From: Parcubacteria group bacterium ADurb.Bin159
GTDB lineage: Bacteria; Patescibacteriota; Patescibacteriia; UBA2591; MWDC01
Assembly (NCBI GenBank): GCA_002070355.1
Contig: MWDC01000001.1
Coordinates: 67,994-131,993 of the forward strand
Direction of reading: 5' to 3'
DNA: 64,000 bases
Positions 28,196-38,088 of this stretch are shown here, one piece after another; position 1 is the first letter of the stretch; every line of letters begins with the position of its first letter. A model generated the notes under the pieces. The model saw only the letters and a program-made list of their open reading frames with translations. It was not told the DNA's origin and searched no databases. Both the position numbers and the translations under genes were made by a program.

Positions 28196-29518
28196 TTATT
28201 TTTTAATAGTGATAAATATTTTTTTGCCGATTTTGAAAGATAAACCATCTTGAGATACCTTATATTTTGGATCTTTAATAATTTCTTGGCTTCCATCTTC
28301 TTTAATCATTTTTATAGCACTTTGACTGAATAATCTTCTTCCTTCCATTTTAGTTTTAATAAATTTATATTCATAAAGAATATCTAAAAAATTTTGGGGC
28401 AATACTGTTTTAATCGTTTCAAATTTTTGGCCAGTAATTTTACGTTGACTAAATAATTGAACAAATCTTTCTCTTTCTTTTTCGGCAATTTTAGGATTAT
28501 ATATTTGAGCGGTAATCACTTCAGCTAATACTTTTTTAACCTCCATTGGGTTTAATCCTTGTCTCATAGCCTTTTCTATTGAATGCCATTCATCTAATTT
28601 GATATCGGTTAAAAGTAAAAAATATTCTTTCATTAAATTATCCGGTAAAGACATAATTTTCCCGTAAATATCTTGAGGTTTATCAGTCAAAGAGATGTAA
28701 TTTTTAAGAGTTTTACTCATCTTTTGCCCATTAATTCCTAAAAGCAAGGGAAAGGTTAAAACTACTTGCGGCTCTTGATTATAAAAACGTTTTTGTAAAT
28801 CTCTGCCCACCAACATATTAAAAGTTTGATCTCTGCCACCAATCTCTACATCCGCCTTAAGAGCCACAGAATCATAACCTTGAAGCAAAGGATATAAAAA
28901 TTCATTAACGCCAATAGGTTTGTTGTCCTTAAATCTTCGGCTAAAACAATCTCGCTCAAGCATTTGGGAAACAGTTAAAGTAGAAGTAAGAGGAAAAAAT
29001 TTTTCTAAATTTAATTTAGAAAGCCATCGGCTGTTATAGGCTAATTTTGCTTTTTTCCCGTCTTCGCCAAATTTAATATAACGGGAAACAATAGAAAAAT
29101 AATTCTTCATATTTTGTTCCACCTGTGCCTTAGTAAGGGGCTGACGAGCTGCTTTTTTATCCGAAGGATCACCAATTCTCGCTGTAAAATCACCAATTAA
29201 AAAAATAATTTGATGCCCCAAATCCTGTATTTTTTTTAATTGCCTTAAAAAGACAAAATGCCCCAAATGAAAACCGGAAGAAGTTGGATCAATGCCGTAT
29301 TTAATAATGAGCGGTTTTTTTGTTTGTTTAGATTTTTTTAGTTTTTTCCATAAATCATGTTCCGTATAAACTTCAGCGGTTTTTTCTAAAATTATTTTTT
29401 TTTCTTCTTCAATGGTAATATCCGCCTTTATTTTAGGCGGGTTTATTAAATTTTCTTTAAGTTGCTTTATCCATTCTTCTTTTTTCTCTTCTTTTTCCAT
29501 ACTAATTATTTTAACCAA
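28196..29518 (-). CDS. tyrS: Tyrosine--tRNA ligase with a ~60-aa N-terminal extension
   Basis: GIDPTSSGFHLGHFVFL...LIGDFTARIGDPS (TyrRS HIGH region) and KMSKT. Confidence 0.8.
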   Translation of the reverse strand: MVKIISMEKEEKKEEWIKQLKENLINPPKIKADITIEEEKKIILEKTAEVYTEHDLWKKLKKSKQTKKPLIIKYGIDPTSSGFHLGHFVFLRQLKKIQDLGHQIIFLIGDFTARIGDPSDKKAARQPLTKAQVEQNMKNYFSIVSRYIKFGEDGKKAKLAYNSRWLSKLNLEKFFPLTSTLTVSQMLERDCFSRRFKDNKPIGVNEFLYPLLQGYDSVALKADVEIGGRDQTFNMLVGRDLQKRFYNQEPQVVLTFPLLLGINGQKMSKTLKNYISLTDKPQDIYGKIMSLPDNLMKEYFLLLTDIKLDEWHSIEKAMRQGLNPMEVKKVLAEVITAQIYNPKIAEKERERFVQLFSQRKITGQKFETIKTVLPQNFLDILYEYKFIKTKMEGRRLFSQSAIKMIKEDGSQEIIKDPKYKVSQDGLSFKIGKKIFITIKK

Positions 29519-29533
29519 AAAACGAAAAAAAAC

Positions 29534-29585
29534 AAGAGGGGCGTTTATTTATATTCGCCCCTCTATATTTTTTTATATTTTTTAC
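29534..29585. terminator. Rho-independent (bidirectional) terminator
   Basis: agaggggcg-N21-cgcccctct followed by a T-run; an A-run precedes it. Confidence 0.55.
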
Positions 29586-30412
29586 CTCCTTCTTAACAGC
29601 TTCCAAGGATGCTCTTTAATATCCTTGGTTAGTTCTTCCAAATCAGAAACTATTTCTTGTACCTTATTATCTCCAAAAATCTGATTTATATTGTCTGCTG
29701 TTGTTTCTATTTTTTCACTTGCTTGATCAAGTTTGATTGATGCATTTTTCAAGTTAGTTATAGTTGCTTTAAGATTACTCTTTAGTAGAGAATCCCCCAC
29801 AATTTCATTCAGGTTATCAACCAATACTCTTGCACTTACCATAACCCCCTGGATTTCGTCTTCTATCTCGCCTATTTTATAGGCGTTTCTTTTAATTTCT
29901 TCGTCCCCTATAATTTTATTTAGAGAGACGAGAAATTCTTGAACTTGGCGAAGAGCGATTCTCATTTCTTCTAAACTAATCTCTCCTTTTTCCCCGAGAT
30001 CGGTTAAACTAACCGTAGTTTTACCGGGTAAAACACTTTTTTGTTTTAAAATATCTCCGGAATTGAAATTCGGGGGGATTATCTCAAGATATTTCTCCCC
30101 GAATAGTCCTTGAGCACTAATAGTGGCTATTGAGCCCTTAGGGACTTTTATTCCTGATTCTATCAAAAAAATTACCTCTATCTCATCAGATGAAGAGATA
30201 ATTTCTTTAACATAGCCGACCTCCTCACCTCTAAACCAAACCGGGGATTTTTTTTTCAACCCAGAAATATTCTCAAAAGTCGCTTTTAATTCGTAATAAT
30301 GTGACTTTTCATCAAAAAATCCCATCTTCCAAGAAACCAGTAAAAACAAAAGGAAGACAGCGAAAAGGATAATTAGCGCTATTATGCTAATCTTGAATTT
30401 TTTTCTTCTCAT
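29582..30412 (-). CDS. MlaD-like MCE-domain protein
   Basis: N-terminal TM followed by an MCE domain (YELKATFENISGLKKKSPVWFRGEEVGYV). Confidence 0.6.
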   Translation of the reverse strand: MRRKKFKISIIALIILFAVFLLFLLVSWKMGFFDEKSHYYELKATFENISGLKKKSPVWFRGEEVGYVKEIISSSDEIEVIFLIESGIKVPKGSIATISAQGLFGEKYLEIIPPNFNSGDILKQKSVLPGKTTVSLTDLGEKGEISLEEMRIALRQVQEFLVSLNKIIGDEEIKRNAYKIGEIEDEIQGVMVSARVLVDNLNEIVGDSLLKSNLKATITNLKNASIKLDQASEKIETTADNINQIFGDNKVQEIVSDLEELTKDIKEHPWKLLRRR

Positions 30413-31151
30413 CTTTTACCTCCGTATTAAATAATTCGGGGAAAATGTCCAAAGATTGAAGTACTCTATCTTTCCAAGAGTTATCCAATTCTTTGATTTT
30501 TCCCTCTTTTAGAAGAATAAATCTCTGACCCAAAGAAAGAATATTTCTTAAATCATGACTAACGATAATCGAAGTTGTCCCTTCGTCTTTATGGGCATAT
30601 TTTATAAGCTCAATTATATTGTTTAGAGAAATAAGATCTAAACCAACGGTCGGCTCATCATAAAGAAGAATCTGGGGGGAATAAATTAACGCCCTTGCAA
30701 TTGCCACCCTCTTCTTCATCCCTTCGGAAAGTTGGGAGGGAAATAAATCTTCTGTTCGCGCCAATCCAACCCTTTCCAATATTCGCTCAACCCTCTTTCT
30801 TGTTTCACCACCTGAAAGGTTAGCATGTTCTCTCAAAAAGAATTCCACATTTTCTTTCACGGTCAAAGAATCAAAAAGGGCTGAGGTTTGGAAAACCATT
30901 CCCAAATTAGCCCTCATTTTGTTTAATTCAAAGGGGTCCAAATCGGAAATGTTTTTTCCTAAAACTATTATCTCTCCTTTATCAGGAAAGAGTAGTCCCG
31001 CTATTAACTTCAAAAGCGTGGTTTTCCCACAACCAGAAGGGCCCACAACAACCAAGCATTCACCTTCTTTAATCGACAAATCAAGATTCTCAAAAATTGT
31101 TTTTTCTCCAAAGCTTTTTGACACTCTTTTAATTTCAATTATATTTTCCAT
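30387..31151 (-). CDS. ABC transporter ATP-binding protein, MlaF-like
   Basis: GPSGCGKTT (Walker A), LSEGMKKRVAIARAL (signature), ILLYDEPT (Walker B). Confidence 0.75.
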   Translation of the reverse strand: MENIIEIKRVSKSFGEKTIFENLDLSIKEGECLVVVGPSGCGKTTLLKLIAGLLFPDKGEIIVLGKNISDLDPFELNKMRANLGMVFQTSALFDSLTVKENVEFFLREHANLSGGETRKRVERILERVGLARTEDLFPSQLSEGMKKRVAIARALIYSPQILLYDEPTVGLDLISLNNIIELIKYAHKDEGTTSIIVSHDLRNILSLGQRFILLKEGKIKELDNSWKDRVLQSLDIFPELFNTEVKDEKKKIQD

Positions 31152-31164
31152 TTATTCCTCCCTT

Positions 31165-31863
31165 CTAAAATGAAAAAGCAAAGCAAAAATTAATCAAAAA
31201 AATCGCCACAAAAGAAAAAATTACTGTTTTTTCCACGGCCCTTCCCACACCCCAAGCGCTTTCTTGCTCTTTCTCAAGATTAAGGCCACAAGAACAGGAA
31301 ATAAGAGCAATAACTCCGCCGAAAACAATGGCTTTTAACATTCCTTTTATTAAATAAGAAAAGTTAAAAGCGGATTTAGCTAAATTAAGAAAAGTCTCCA
31401 TATTCACGCCCATTGATTGGGCAACCAAATATTCGCCAAAAAAACAAGCAAACACAGCGAAAATGGTCAAGCCCGGCATCATGATAAGGCAGGCAATAAA
31501 TTTGGGGAAAACCAAATATTGCCAAGGAGTCACGGCTAAAGTTTTTAGGGCGTCAATTTGTTGGCCAACTTTCATGGAAGCCAATTCTGCAGCGTAGGCA
31601 ACCCCAATACGGCCTACTGCTATTAAGGCAGTGATTAAAGGCATAAGTTCCCAACTTACACCCATGGCTACCGCTCCCGTAAGCGCGGATAGACCATATC
31701 GTATAAAATAGACATTAACCTCAAATCCGTATCCCATACCAATCAAAAACCCGACAATTGAATTAAGTAAAAATGTTTTATCTATTCTATACAATTCATC
31801 CAAAAGTTCTCGCCGGAAAATCATTCTCACGATCTTAACCACGATCCTCCACATTTTTTTCAT
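31165..31863 (-). CDS. ABC transporter permease, MlaE-like
   Basis: Multi-TM protein with a ...GVAYAAELASMKVGQQIDALKTLAV... segment. Confidence 0.65.
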   Translation of the reverse strand: MKKMWRIVVKIVRMIFRRELLDELYRIDKTFLLNSIVGFLIGMGYGFEVNVYFIRYGLSALTGAVAMGVSWELMPLITALIAVGRIGVAYAAELASMKVGQQIDALKTLAVTPWQYLVFPKFIACLIMMPGLTIFAVFACFFGEYLVAQSMGVNMETFLNLAKSAFNFSYLIKGMLKAIVFGGVIALISCSCGLNLEKEQESAWGVGRAVEKTVIFSFVAIFLINFCFAFSF

Positions 31864-32382
31864 AGCATCCTCCTTTATTTTATTTTTTTTTTAATTTTAA
31901 AGAACATCTGTTTGAGCGTTAACGCCCAATTATAATAAAATTTTATTTTAAAAAAGAGGGTTGGATTTATGTCCCCCTCCCGCATTCTATCTCTGTAAAA
32001 CAGGCCTCTTTTTTTATTTTAATTTTAATTTAACTTTTGATTAAAGTATAAAAAAATTTCGTATTTTGTCAATAAAAAAAATTTTAATGGGGTCAGACCC
32101 CCAAAATGGATCGCTTGAAACCCTTTATTTAAGCGGGTTCCCAAGGGAAAATTTAAATTTGGCACGATTTTGATTGATTTGAAAAATGGCAAAGCATTGT
32201 GGATAACATTAGAATATACTAGATGACCACAAGAGAATTAATTGCGATGCCAATCTATGTTTAATATCCCACTACGCTACTTATAAGTCTTTAAATTTAG
32301 CTTTATTATATCAGATTTTACCCCCCTTGTCACTCACTATTATTTTAAATAATAAAACATTAATTCTTCCATAAAAGAAATG

Positions 32383-32416
32383 GCCCTCGCTCGGAATTGT
32401 ATCCAAGCGAGAGCTC
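32383..32416 (-). terminator. Terminator hairpin for the GC-rich ORF
   Basis: ctcgctcgg-N13-ccaagcgag hairpin followed, on the minus strand, by a T-rich tract. Confidence 0.45.
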
Positions 32417-32482
32417 TGGTGTTGAAAGAACGTGTTGCTTCAGCTGATGCTGAGTAAAGCAGGATTTAGTACGCCGCCGCTT

Positions 32483-33085
32483 TCATTTGGCTTCCTCTCC
32501 CTCATTCCCGATCTGGGTTTTGAGATTGTGCCAGCGACGGAGTTGCTCTCCGTGAATCCATACCTGCGAAAGGATGGACACAGCACAGCTATACACGAAT
32601 CCTGTGATGCCTTCGTTATCGGCAAGCTGAGACGCTTCTTCAGCGCATCCTTCGACCGTATCGCCGTTTGCGATCCGACCTTCCATTAAGCGAGCCCACC
32701 GCTCAGCGAAGCGAATAACTGCACTTCCGTATCCGTCGGTGTTGGCAGCCACAATTTTCTTCCAGCCTTCCTCGTCCCGAAGCGTCATCTTCTCGGGAGC
32801 AGTCATGAGAGCTCCTTCGAGTATGAGATTGTGGCGTCGCTGAGCTTCGTCAGCTTTGCGTTGCCGTTCCTTATACTCTGGAGAATTGACATACTCCTCG
32901 TGACGACGATTGGACTCAGCGCTGTAATACTTCACGATCGCATCGGCGTTATCGCCAGGGTTGGCTGTGAGTTCGATGTCATTAAACTTCGCCCTCACAA
33001 TTCCCTTCGTCTTCTTGGCCATCGCAACTATTGTGCGAGCGGTTTCGCTGATGTTTTCACCAGCAAGAGGTTTATACGTCTTCAT
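32483..33085 (-). CDS. Hypothetical 200-aa protein encoded in a GC-rich (~50%) foreign segment
   Basis: Clean ORF with a strong SD (AAAGGAGAAAT) 7 nt upstream of the ATG. Its composition differs markedly from the flanks. Confidence 0.5.
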   Translation of the reverse strand: MKTYKPLAGENISETARTIVAMAKKTKGIVRAKFNDIELTANPGDNADAIVKYYSAESNRRHEEYVNSPEYKERQRKADEAQRRHNLILEGALMTAPEKMTLRDEEGWKKIVAANTDGYGSAVIRFAERWARLMEGRIANGDTVEGCAEEASQLADNEGITGFVYSCAVSILSQVWIHGEQLRRWHNLKTQIGNEGEEAK

Positions 33086-33835
33086 TATATTTCTCCTTTC
33101 GTTTAATTTCGGTTGATAATTCGTTATTTGCGGTTCGTGGCTTACTCAGTCATAGCACCCAGAAACTTCTCACCATCGAAACCATCAAGGTGATTTGAAG
33201 TGTCCTTCCTTAATAAATAATAGCATATTCCCCCTTTCAGAAACTGCTAATTTCTTAGTAATCTCTGGAAGGGAATAAGATTAGAAGTTTAAGATATTCC
33301 AACCTCCCTTATTGCTAAATTGGATCTCCGCGAGGATGATATTTCCTCTTTTTTGGCGGTGGCGAACCGATCGCGAGAGGCTTACGCCTCGGCTAATTTC
33401 TATTTATTTCTCCTTTATATCTTTATTTTATTTATCTTAAGAACTTTCTTTGGAGAGAGTTCATAATACTGGAATTTTATGGCATTTGATCTCTCTCCGA
33501 ACCAATGCCAATTCTGTTTTCTTTACTACCATAATTATAGCATATATACATAATTTGTCAAGGGCAGAAACGGCTAAAGTAGAGGCTTACCAAACCGATA
33601 AAATCTGACAAAATAAAGAAGTAGATGAAAATTTTATGAAAAAAGCGAAAAAAACCGCACTTTTGGTTCGAATATAAAAATAATTAATAGAAAACTTCGA
33701 ATTGAACCGCCAGAATCTTTTGAAATAATCGAAGAGGGACTAAAAGCGGTTCCCGAAGAAGGGCTACGTTTGAGCCCATAAAAATGGGCATAAATAAAAG
33801 GAAAAAGAGCGGTTTCTCCCGCTCTTAATCCACGA

Positions 33836-33925
33836 TGGCGGTGGGGCAGGGATTCGAACCCTGGGTGCTCTTGCGAACACACTTGCTCTCCAAGCAAGCG
33901 CTTTCGTCCACTCAGCCACCCCACC
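33836..33925 (-). tRNA. tRNA-Ser (GGA), long variable arm, CCA encoded
   Basis: Manual fold: acceptor GGUGGGG/CCCCACC, anticodon loop UU-GGA-GA, variable arm UGUGUUCGCAAGAGCAC, T-arm CCAGG-GUUCGAAU-CCCUG, discriminator G plus CCA. Confidence 0.85.
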
Positions 33926-33927
33926 AT

Positions 33928-34524
33928 CTACATTACATCTTCTTCTGTTCGTTTGTAATTATGAATTTCTTCCGGAGAAAACCAAAAATTGATTTCGTGT
34001 TTAGCTTCTTCCTCATTGCCTGAAGCATGAATGATATTACGAACCGAACGTTTTTCCCGATTAGCCATAGTAGAATCATCAACAGAAAAATCACCTCTAA
34101 TTGTGCCCATCTCTGCTTGAGAAGGCATTGTGCTTCCAACAATTTTTCTTACCATATTAATAGCATGTAAACCACTTATCACCATTTTAACTATTGGACC
34201 AGCAGTTAAATAATCAATTAACCATCCCCTAACGATTTCTCCTATTTTGATGGGGTCGTCTGTTCCTAATTCTTTTTTCGCATCAAGATGATATTCCTTG
34301 TAATTAGCCAATGTCTTTTCTCCTAAATTTTTAATGTATTCTTTGTCTTTAGGATAATGCCTATCAATTTGGTCTTTTGTCGCCCAAATCATCTCCAAGG
34401 CAATAATTTTCAACCCCCTTTGTTCAATTCGTTTAATAATTTCACCAATTAATCCCCGTTTTACTCCATCGGGTTTAATTAAAACACAGGTTTTTTCTTC
34501 TTTTAAATAATTATTAGAAGGCAT
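33928..34524 (-). CDS. ndk: Nucleoside diphosphate kinase (with an insertion)
   Basis: VLIKPDGVKRGLIGEIIKRIEQRG, NIIHASG and EINFWF motifs. Confidence 0.8.
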   Translation of the reverse strand: MPSNNYLKEEKTCVLIKPDGVKRGLIGEIIKRIEQRGLKIIALEMIWATKDQIDRHYPKDKEYIKNLGEKTLANYKEYHLDAKKELGTDDPIKIGEIVRGWLIDYLTAGPIVKMVISGLHAINMVRKIVGSTMPSQAEMGTIRGDFSVDDSTMANREKRSVRNIIHASGNEEEAKHEINFWFSPEEIHNYKRTEEDVM

Positions 34525-34673
34525 AATTAAAAAATCAAAATGTAAAATGATAAAAATAAATTAAATTTTATATTCTAAGTTCTATATTTTATATTCTCTT
34601 TTTCTCGAAGTTTCTGCTAAAAGCGGAATCCTAAAATACAAAATAATAAATCAAAAAACAAAACAACTTTACT

Positions 34674-34895
34674 TCATTTAATATTTTCTTTATCTAATTC
34701 TTTCTTTACTTCTTCAAACTCATTTTTCACTTCGGCTAATCGGGAACGGCAATATTTAATTAATTCTACCCCTTGTTTTACTTTTTCTAATCCATCTTCC
34801 ACGTCCACTTCCTTCTGCTCTTCAAACCAATTAACAATTTCCTCTAATTTTTTAAGAGATGAACCTAAATTTTTATTTTCTTTTTTCGCAGGCAT
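34674..34895 (-). CDS. xseB: Exodeoxyribonuclease VII small subunit
   Basis: 73 aa (LEEIVNWFEEQ...DVEDGLEKVKQGVELIKYCRSRL); immediately downstream of xseA. Confidence 0.7.
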   Translation of the reverse strand: MPAKKENKNLGSSLKKLEEIVNWFEEQKEVDVEDGLEKVKQGVELIKYCRSRLAEVKNEFEEVKKELDKENIK

Positions 34896-34896
34896 A

Positions 34897-36135
34897 TTAT
34901 TTTTTTATTTTTTTTATTTGTGAATCAGCGGAACCTTTATAAAATTGCAATTTAATAAGTTGACCAACAGACAATTGCGCCGCGTCTTTAATAATCTTCT
35001 CCCCATCAAAAACAAGGCTATATCCTAAACGCAATTGTTTTTTAGGATCCTGAATTTTTATTTTTTCTTCGCAATTTTTAATTTGTTGATTAGCTGTATC
35101 TATAGCCATAGTAAATTTTTCTTTTAGTGTCTTTGTTGATTTGGCTAAATTCTCTTTTTGATTATTTATGGTTTGCCCAATAATGGAAAAAATTCTTTTA
35201 AACCCTTCTATTAATAAGGGGAATTTGTGATAAATGGATGAAAACTGGTTTTTTATCTCTTCGGAATTTTGAGTCAATTTTGATTCTTGATAAAAAAGCA
35301 ATTCTTCAAATGAATTTAATAATTTTGCTTGTAAATTATAAATATATTGTTTCGTTTCTCGCCAAGAATGTGAAATAAATTGGGCAGCAGCAGTAGGAGT
35401 GGAAACAGATTTATCAGCGGCTAACGTGGCTAGAGGGATATCTCTTTCATGCCCAATGCCGCATAAAACAGGGATTTTCGAACCGGCAATAGCTCTAACA
35501 ACAGCTTCATTATTAAATGCCTGTAAACTTTCCCAACTCCCCCCTCCTCTAATGACAACTAAAACCTCACAATCTGATTTTTTATTAAACCAATCAATAG
35601 CTTTAATTAAATCCGGCACTGCTTCTTGTCCTTCTACTCGTGAATCAAAAAATTTTATTTTAAAACCGATATTTTCCAAATTAGCATTAAAATCATGAAT
35701 AGCTTCTCCGTAACGAGAACTAATTAAACCTATTTTAGTGGGAAAAACAGGAATCTTCTTTTTTCTTTCTGGGGCAAATAATCCCTCTTTCTCTAATTTT
35801 TTCTTTAAAAACTCATAGGCTTTTTGTAAAACCCCCTCTCCCACCAATTCTACTGATTCTACTTTTATAGACAATCTACCTATTGGCTTCCAAATATTTG
35901 GCTCTCCTCCAATAATAACTTCCATTCCTTCCTGAAATTCAATGCCCATCATCTTATAAACTGAACGAAAAATTAAGCAATTTAAAACAGCCGGCTCTCC
36001 ATCAGAATCTTTTAAATCAAAATAAATTGTTTTTTCTCTTTTTTCAATCCTGCTTATTTCGCCCTTAATTTTCGCTTTTTCTCCTTCTAAAACAATATTT
36101 AATTTGTCTAAATAATTACTAACGCTATAAACCAT
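34897..36135 (-). CDS. xseA: Exodeoxyribonuclease VII large subunit
   Basis: N-terminal OB fold (KIKGEISRIEKREKTIYFDLKD) and a catalytic core (VIRGGGSWESLQAFN). Confidence 0.8.
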   Translation of the reverse strand: MVYSVSNYLDKLNIVLEGEKAKIKGEISRIEKREKTIYFDLKDSDGEPAVLNCLIFRSVYKMMGIEFQEGMEVIIGGEPNIWKPIGRLSIKVESVELVGEGVLQKAYEFLKKKLEKEGLFAPERKKKIPVFPTKIGLISSRYGEAIHDFNANLENIGFKIKFFDSRVEGQEAVPDLIKAIDWFNKKSDCEVLVVIRGGGSWESLQAFNNEAVVRAIAGSKIPVLCGIGHERDIPLATLAADKSVSTPTAAAQFISHSWRETKQYIYNLQAKLLNSFEELLFYQESKLTQNSEEIKNQFSSIYHKFPLLIEGFKRIFSIIGQTINNQKENLAKSTKTLKEKFTMAIDTANQQIKNCEEKIKIQDPKKQLRLGYSLVFDGEKIIKDAAQLSVGQLIKLQFYKGSADSQIKKIKK

Positions 36136-36142
36136 ATTTTAA

Positions 36143-36212
36143 GAGGGGACTGTCCCCTTTTTTAACCATATTTTAAGGGGGGACTTATTTTAAGGGGGGA
36201 CTGTCCCCTTTT
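36143..36212. repeat. Cluster of three GGGGACTGTCCCC palindromes with local tandem duplication
   Basis: Copies at 36145-36157, 36177-36190 (degenerate) and 36196-36208, each followed by a T-run. Confidence 0.6.
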
Positions 36213-36343
36213 TTAGGCTCTCTACAAGTCTTTATTTATGCGGCTTTCCGAGCAAATTTTTCTGTTTTGACATTTTTTTTACCTATTTTTGAAATTAAAA
36301 AATGAAAGCCAAAAAAATTTTTTATAAAAGAAAAAATAATTTT

Positions 36344-36435
36344 GGTAAAAAAAGTGTCAAATTTGATTTTTTGAGGAGATAACCCTTTATTGATGCGGGT
36401 TTGCGAAGGTCGGAAAAAGGGGACTGTCCCCTTTT
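36344..36435 (+). repeat. Repeat family B, copy 1
   Basis: ggtaaaaaaagtgtcaaatttgattttttgaggagataaccctttattgatgcgggtttgcgaaggtcggaaaaaggggactgtcccctttt. Near-identical copy at 45021-45112. Confidence 0.7.
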
Positions 36436-37747
36436 AGAGAGTGAGATCTTGCTCTTCACCGCGACGCAAAATTGTTAAATGGATTGCCTCCCCTTTTGAT
36501 TTTTGAGAAACAAGATAAGTTAAATTATTTTTTTTATTTATATTTTGCCCATCAAATTTTATGATTACATCGGCATTGCGAATTCCCGCTTTATAAGCGG
36601 CTAATCCCGGCGTAGGATTACCATAAACAATAGCTCCTTCTTTAAGATCGTGGAAAAGAGCGCTGGAAAGACCCGGCGCTTCTTCAATTAAAAGATAGTC
36701 AATTCCCAAAGAGGGATAAAAAATTTCTTTGTTTTCTTTTAGATAAGAAATAGCTTTTAGAAATTGCCAAGAGGGAATATATTTTTTATTATCTGAACTC
36801 GATGAACCAACTAATTGTCCTTTTAAATTAAAAATAAAACTTCCTCCTAGAGTATTCGGCGAGATATTATTTAAGAGAAGTGATTCGGAAAAATAATCTG
36901 TAGAACGAACCAAATCTTCAGTTTTAGTAATGTCTCGCCAATCTGACCGAACGATTGCAGAAACATACCATCTTAAAAATTTATCTGCCACTAATACCGT
37001 TTGCCCTTGATTGATTGAAGAAAACGGAGCTAATTCTAAAAATGGCAAATCATTGCCATTAATTTTAATAAAAGTTAATCCTGTCCGTTTATCTCTTATA
37101 ACTTTATCTAAATCGTAGATTTCTCCCCCATTTATTATAACTTCCCATTTTTTATTTTCTGTTTCTTCTACAGCATTTTCTTCTATGTCTATTTCTTCAA
37201 AAGGATAAGGGGTTAAAATCCACCCATCAGAACTAATAATTAACCCCATTGATTTTATTTGCCAAGGAGCGTAAATTTGGTCTAAAAAAGAAGGATTATC
37301 TTTTAATTCTTTTTTAGGGAAAATGCTTACTAAACTTTTTTCAATGTCTCCCGTCAATTCATTTATTCTTATATCACTACTCACGGTAATATTTTTTTCT
37401 GTAATTTCAGTAACATGTTTTTCTGGAAAATATTTAGTTAAATTAAATTCTTTCCCCCAGGGAAAAACAATTTTGTCACGGGAAAAAATAAACATCGAAC
37501 CTAACGCTCCAGCAATAAAACCAATAATTAAGGTTAAAATAATTAAGCCAAAAATAGACCTACCCCCTAAAGAAGCGGGTTTCTCTAAATGGTCAAATGG
37601 CTTATGATAAAAACGCCCCACATCTTCCCTGATTTCTTCTTTATTTCTTTGAGGAACTCTTTCTTTTTTGATTTTAATTGATGACGATTTATCAACAATA
37701 CCATCGTTTACTGTTATTTTTTGATGACTTGATTTTTCTCTACTCAT
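36434..37747 (-). CDS. Trypsin-like (HtrA/S1C-like) domain protein with a C-terminal PDZ domain, possibly catalytically divergent
   Basis: N-terminal TM, a GGSFIF (GxSGG-like) segment and a PDZ-like C-terminus. No obvious catalytic His. Confidence 0.45.
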   Translation of the reverse strand: MSREKSSHQKITVNDGIVDKSSSIKIKKERVPQRNKEEIREDVGRFYHKPFDHLEKPASLGGRSIFGLIILTLIIGFIAGALGSMFIFSRDKIVFPWGKEFNLTKYFPEKHVTEITEKNITVSSDIRINELTGDIEKSLVSIFPKKELKDNPSFLDQIYAPWQIKSMGLIISSDGWILTPYPFEEIDIEENAVEETENKKWEVIINGGEIYDLDKVIRDKRTGLTFIKINGNDLPFLELAPFSSINQGQTVLVADKFLRWYVSAIVRSDWRDITKTEDLVRSTDYFSESLLLNNISPNTLGGSFIFNLKGQLVGSSSSDNKKYIPSWQFLKAISYLKENKEIFYPSLGIDYLLIEEAPGLSSALFHDLKEGAIVYGNPTPGLAAYKAGIRNADVIIKFDGQNINKKNNLTYLVSQKSKGEAIHLTILRRGEEQDLTL

Positions 37748-38088
37748 AAAAATTCTTCACTATTAATTTCTTCCCAATCGGAAAAATTTTTATTCCATTG
37801 GTAAATTTTATATATTTCAACTTTTTCGTCTTTAGAATAAACAAAATCTTCCGCTACTTTTCCTCCAACACGTCGAGCTGAAATGACTTTTTTATCAATA
37901 ACTCGCGGCTTAACAATTCTCTCAACTTTCATTTTTCCTCGCGGACCCTTAAACTCAATAATTTCTTTTATTCCTTTAATAACTTCACCGTTAGATAAAG
38001 TGTCAACGTCAAACTCTTCTGTTTTTGAGTCAATAATTTTAGCCCTTTTTTCAATTTGATAAATAATTTTTTCCCACTTGCTGTTCAT
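37744..38088 (-). CDS. Hypothetical protein
   Basis: 114-aa ORF, translationally coupled to its neighbours. Confidence 0.35.
   Translation of the reverse strand: MNSKWEKIIYQIEKRAKIIDSKTEEFDVDTLSNGEVIKGIKEIIEFKGPRGKMKVERIVKPRVIDKKVISARRVGGKVAEDFVYSKDEKVEIYKIYQWNKNFSDWEEINSEEFL

Noticed and set aside
32831-33106. Plus-strand 91-aa ORF
   Set aside because: Antisense to the GC-rich 200-aa gene; in GC-rich DNA such antisense ORFs arise by chance.
33634-33927. 97-aa minus-strand ORF in the track
   Set aside because: It overlaps the tRNA-Ser gene (33836-33925) almost entirely and has an Arg/Gly-rich nonsense composition. It is a spurious ORF read through the tRNA.
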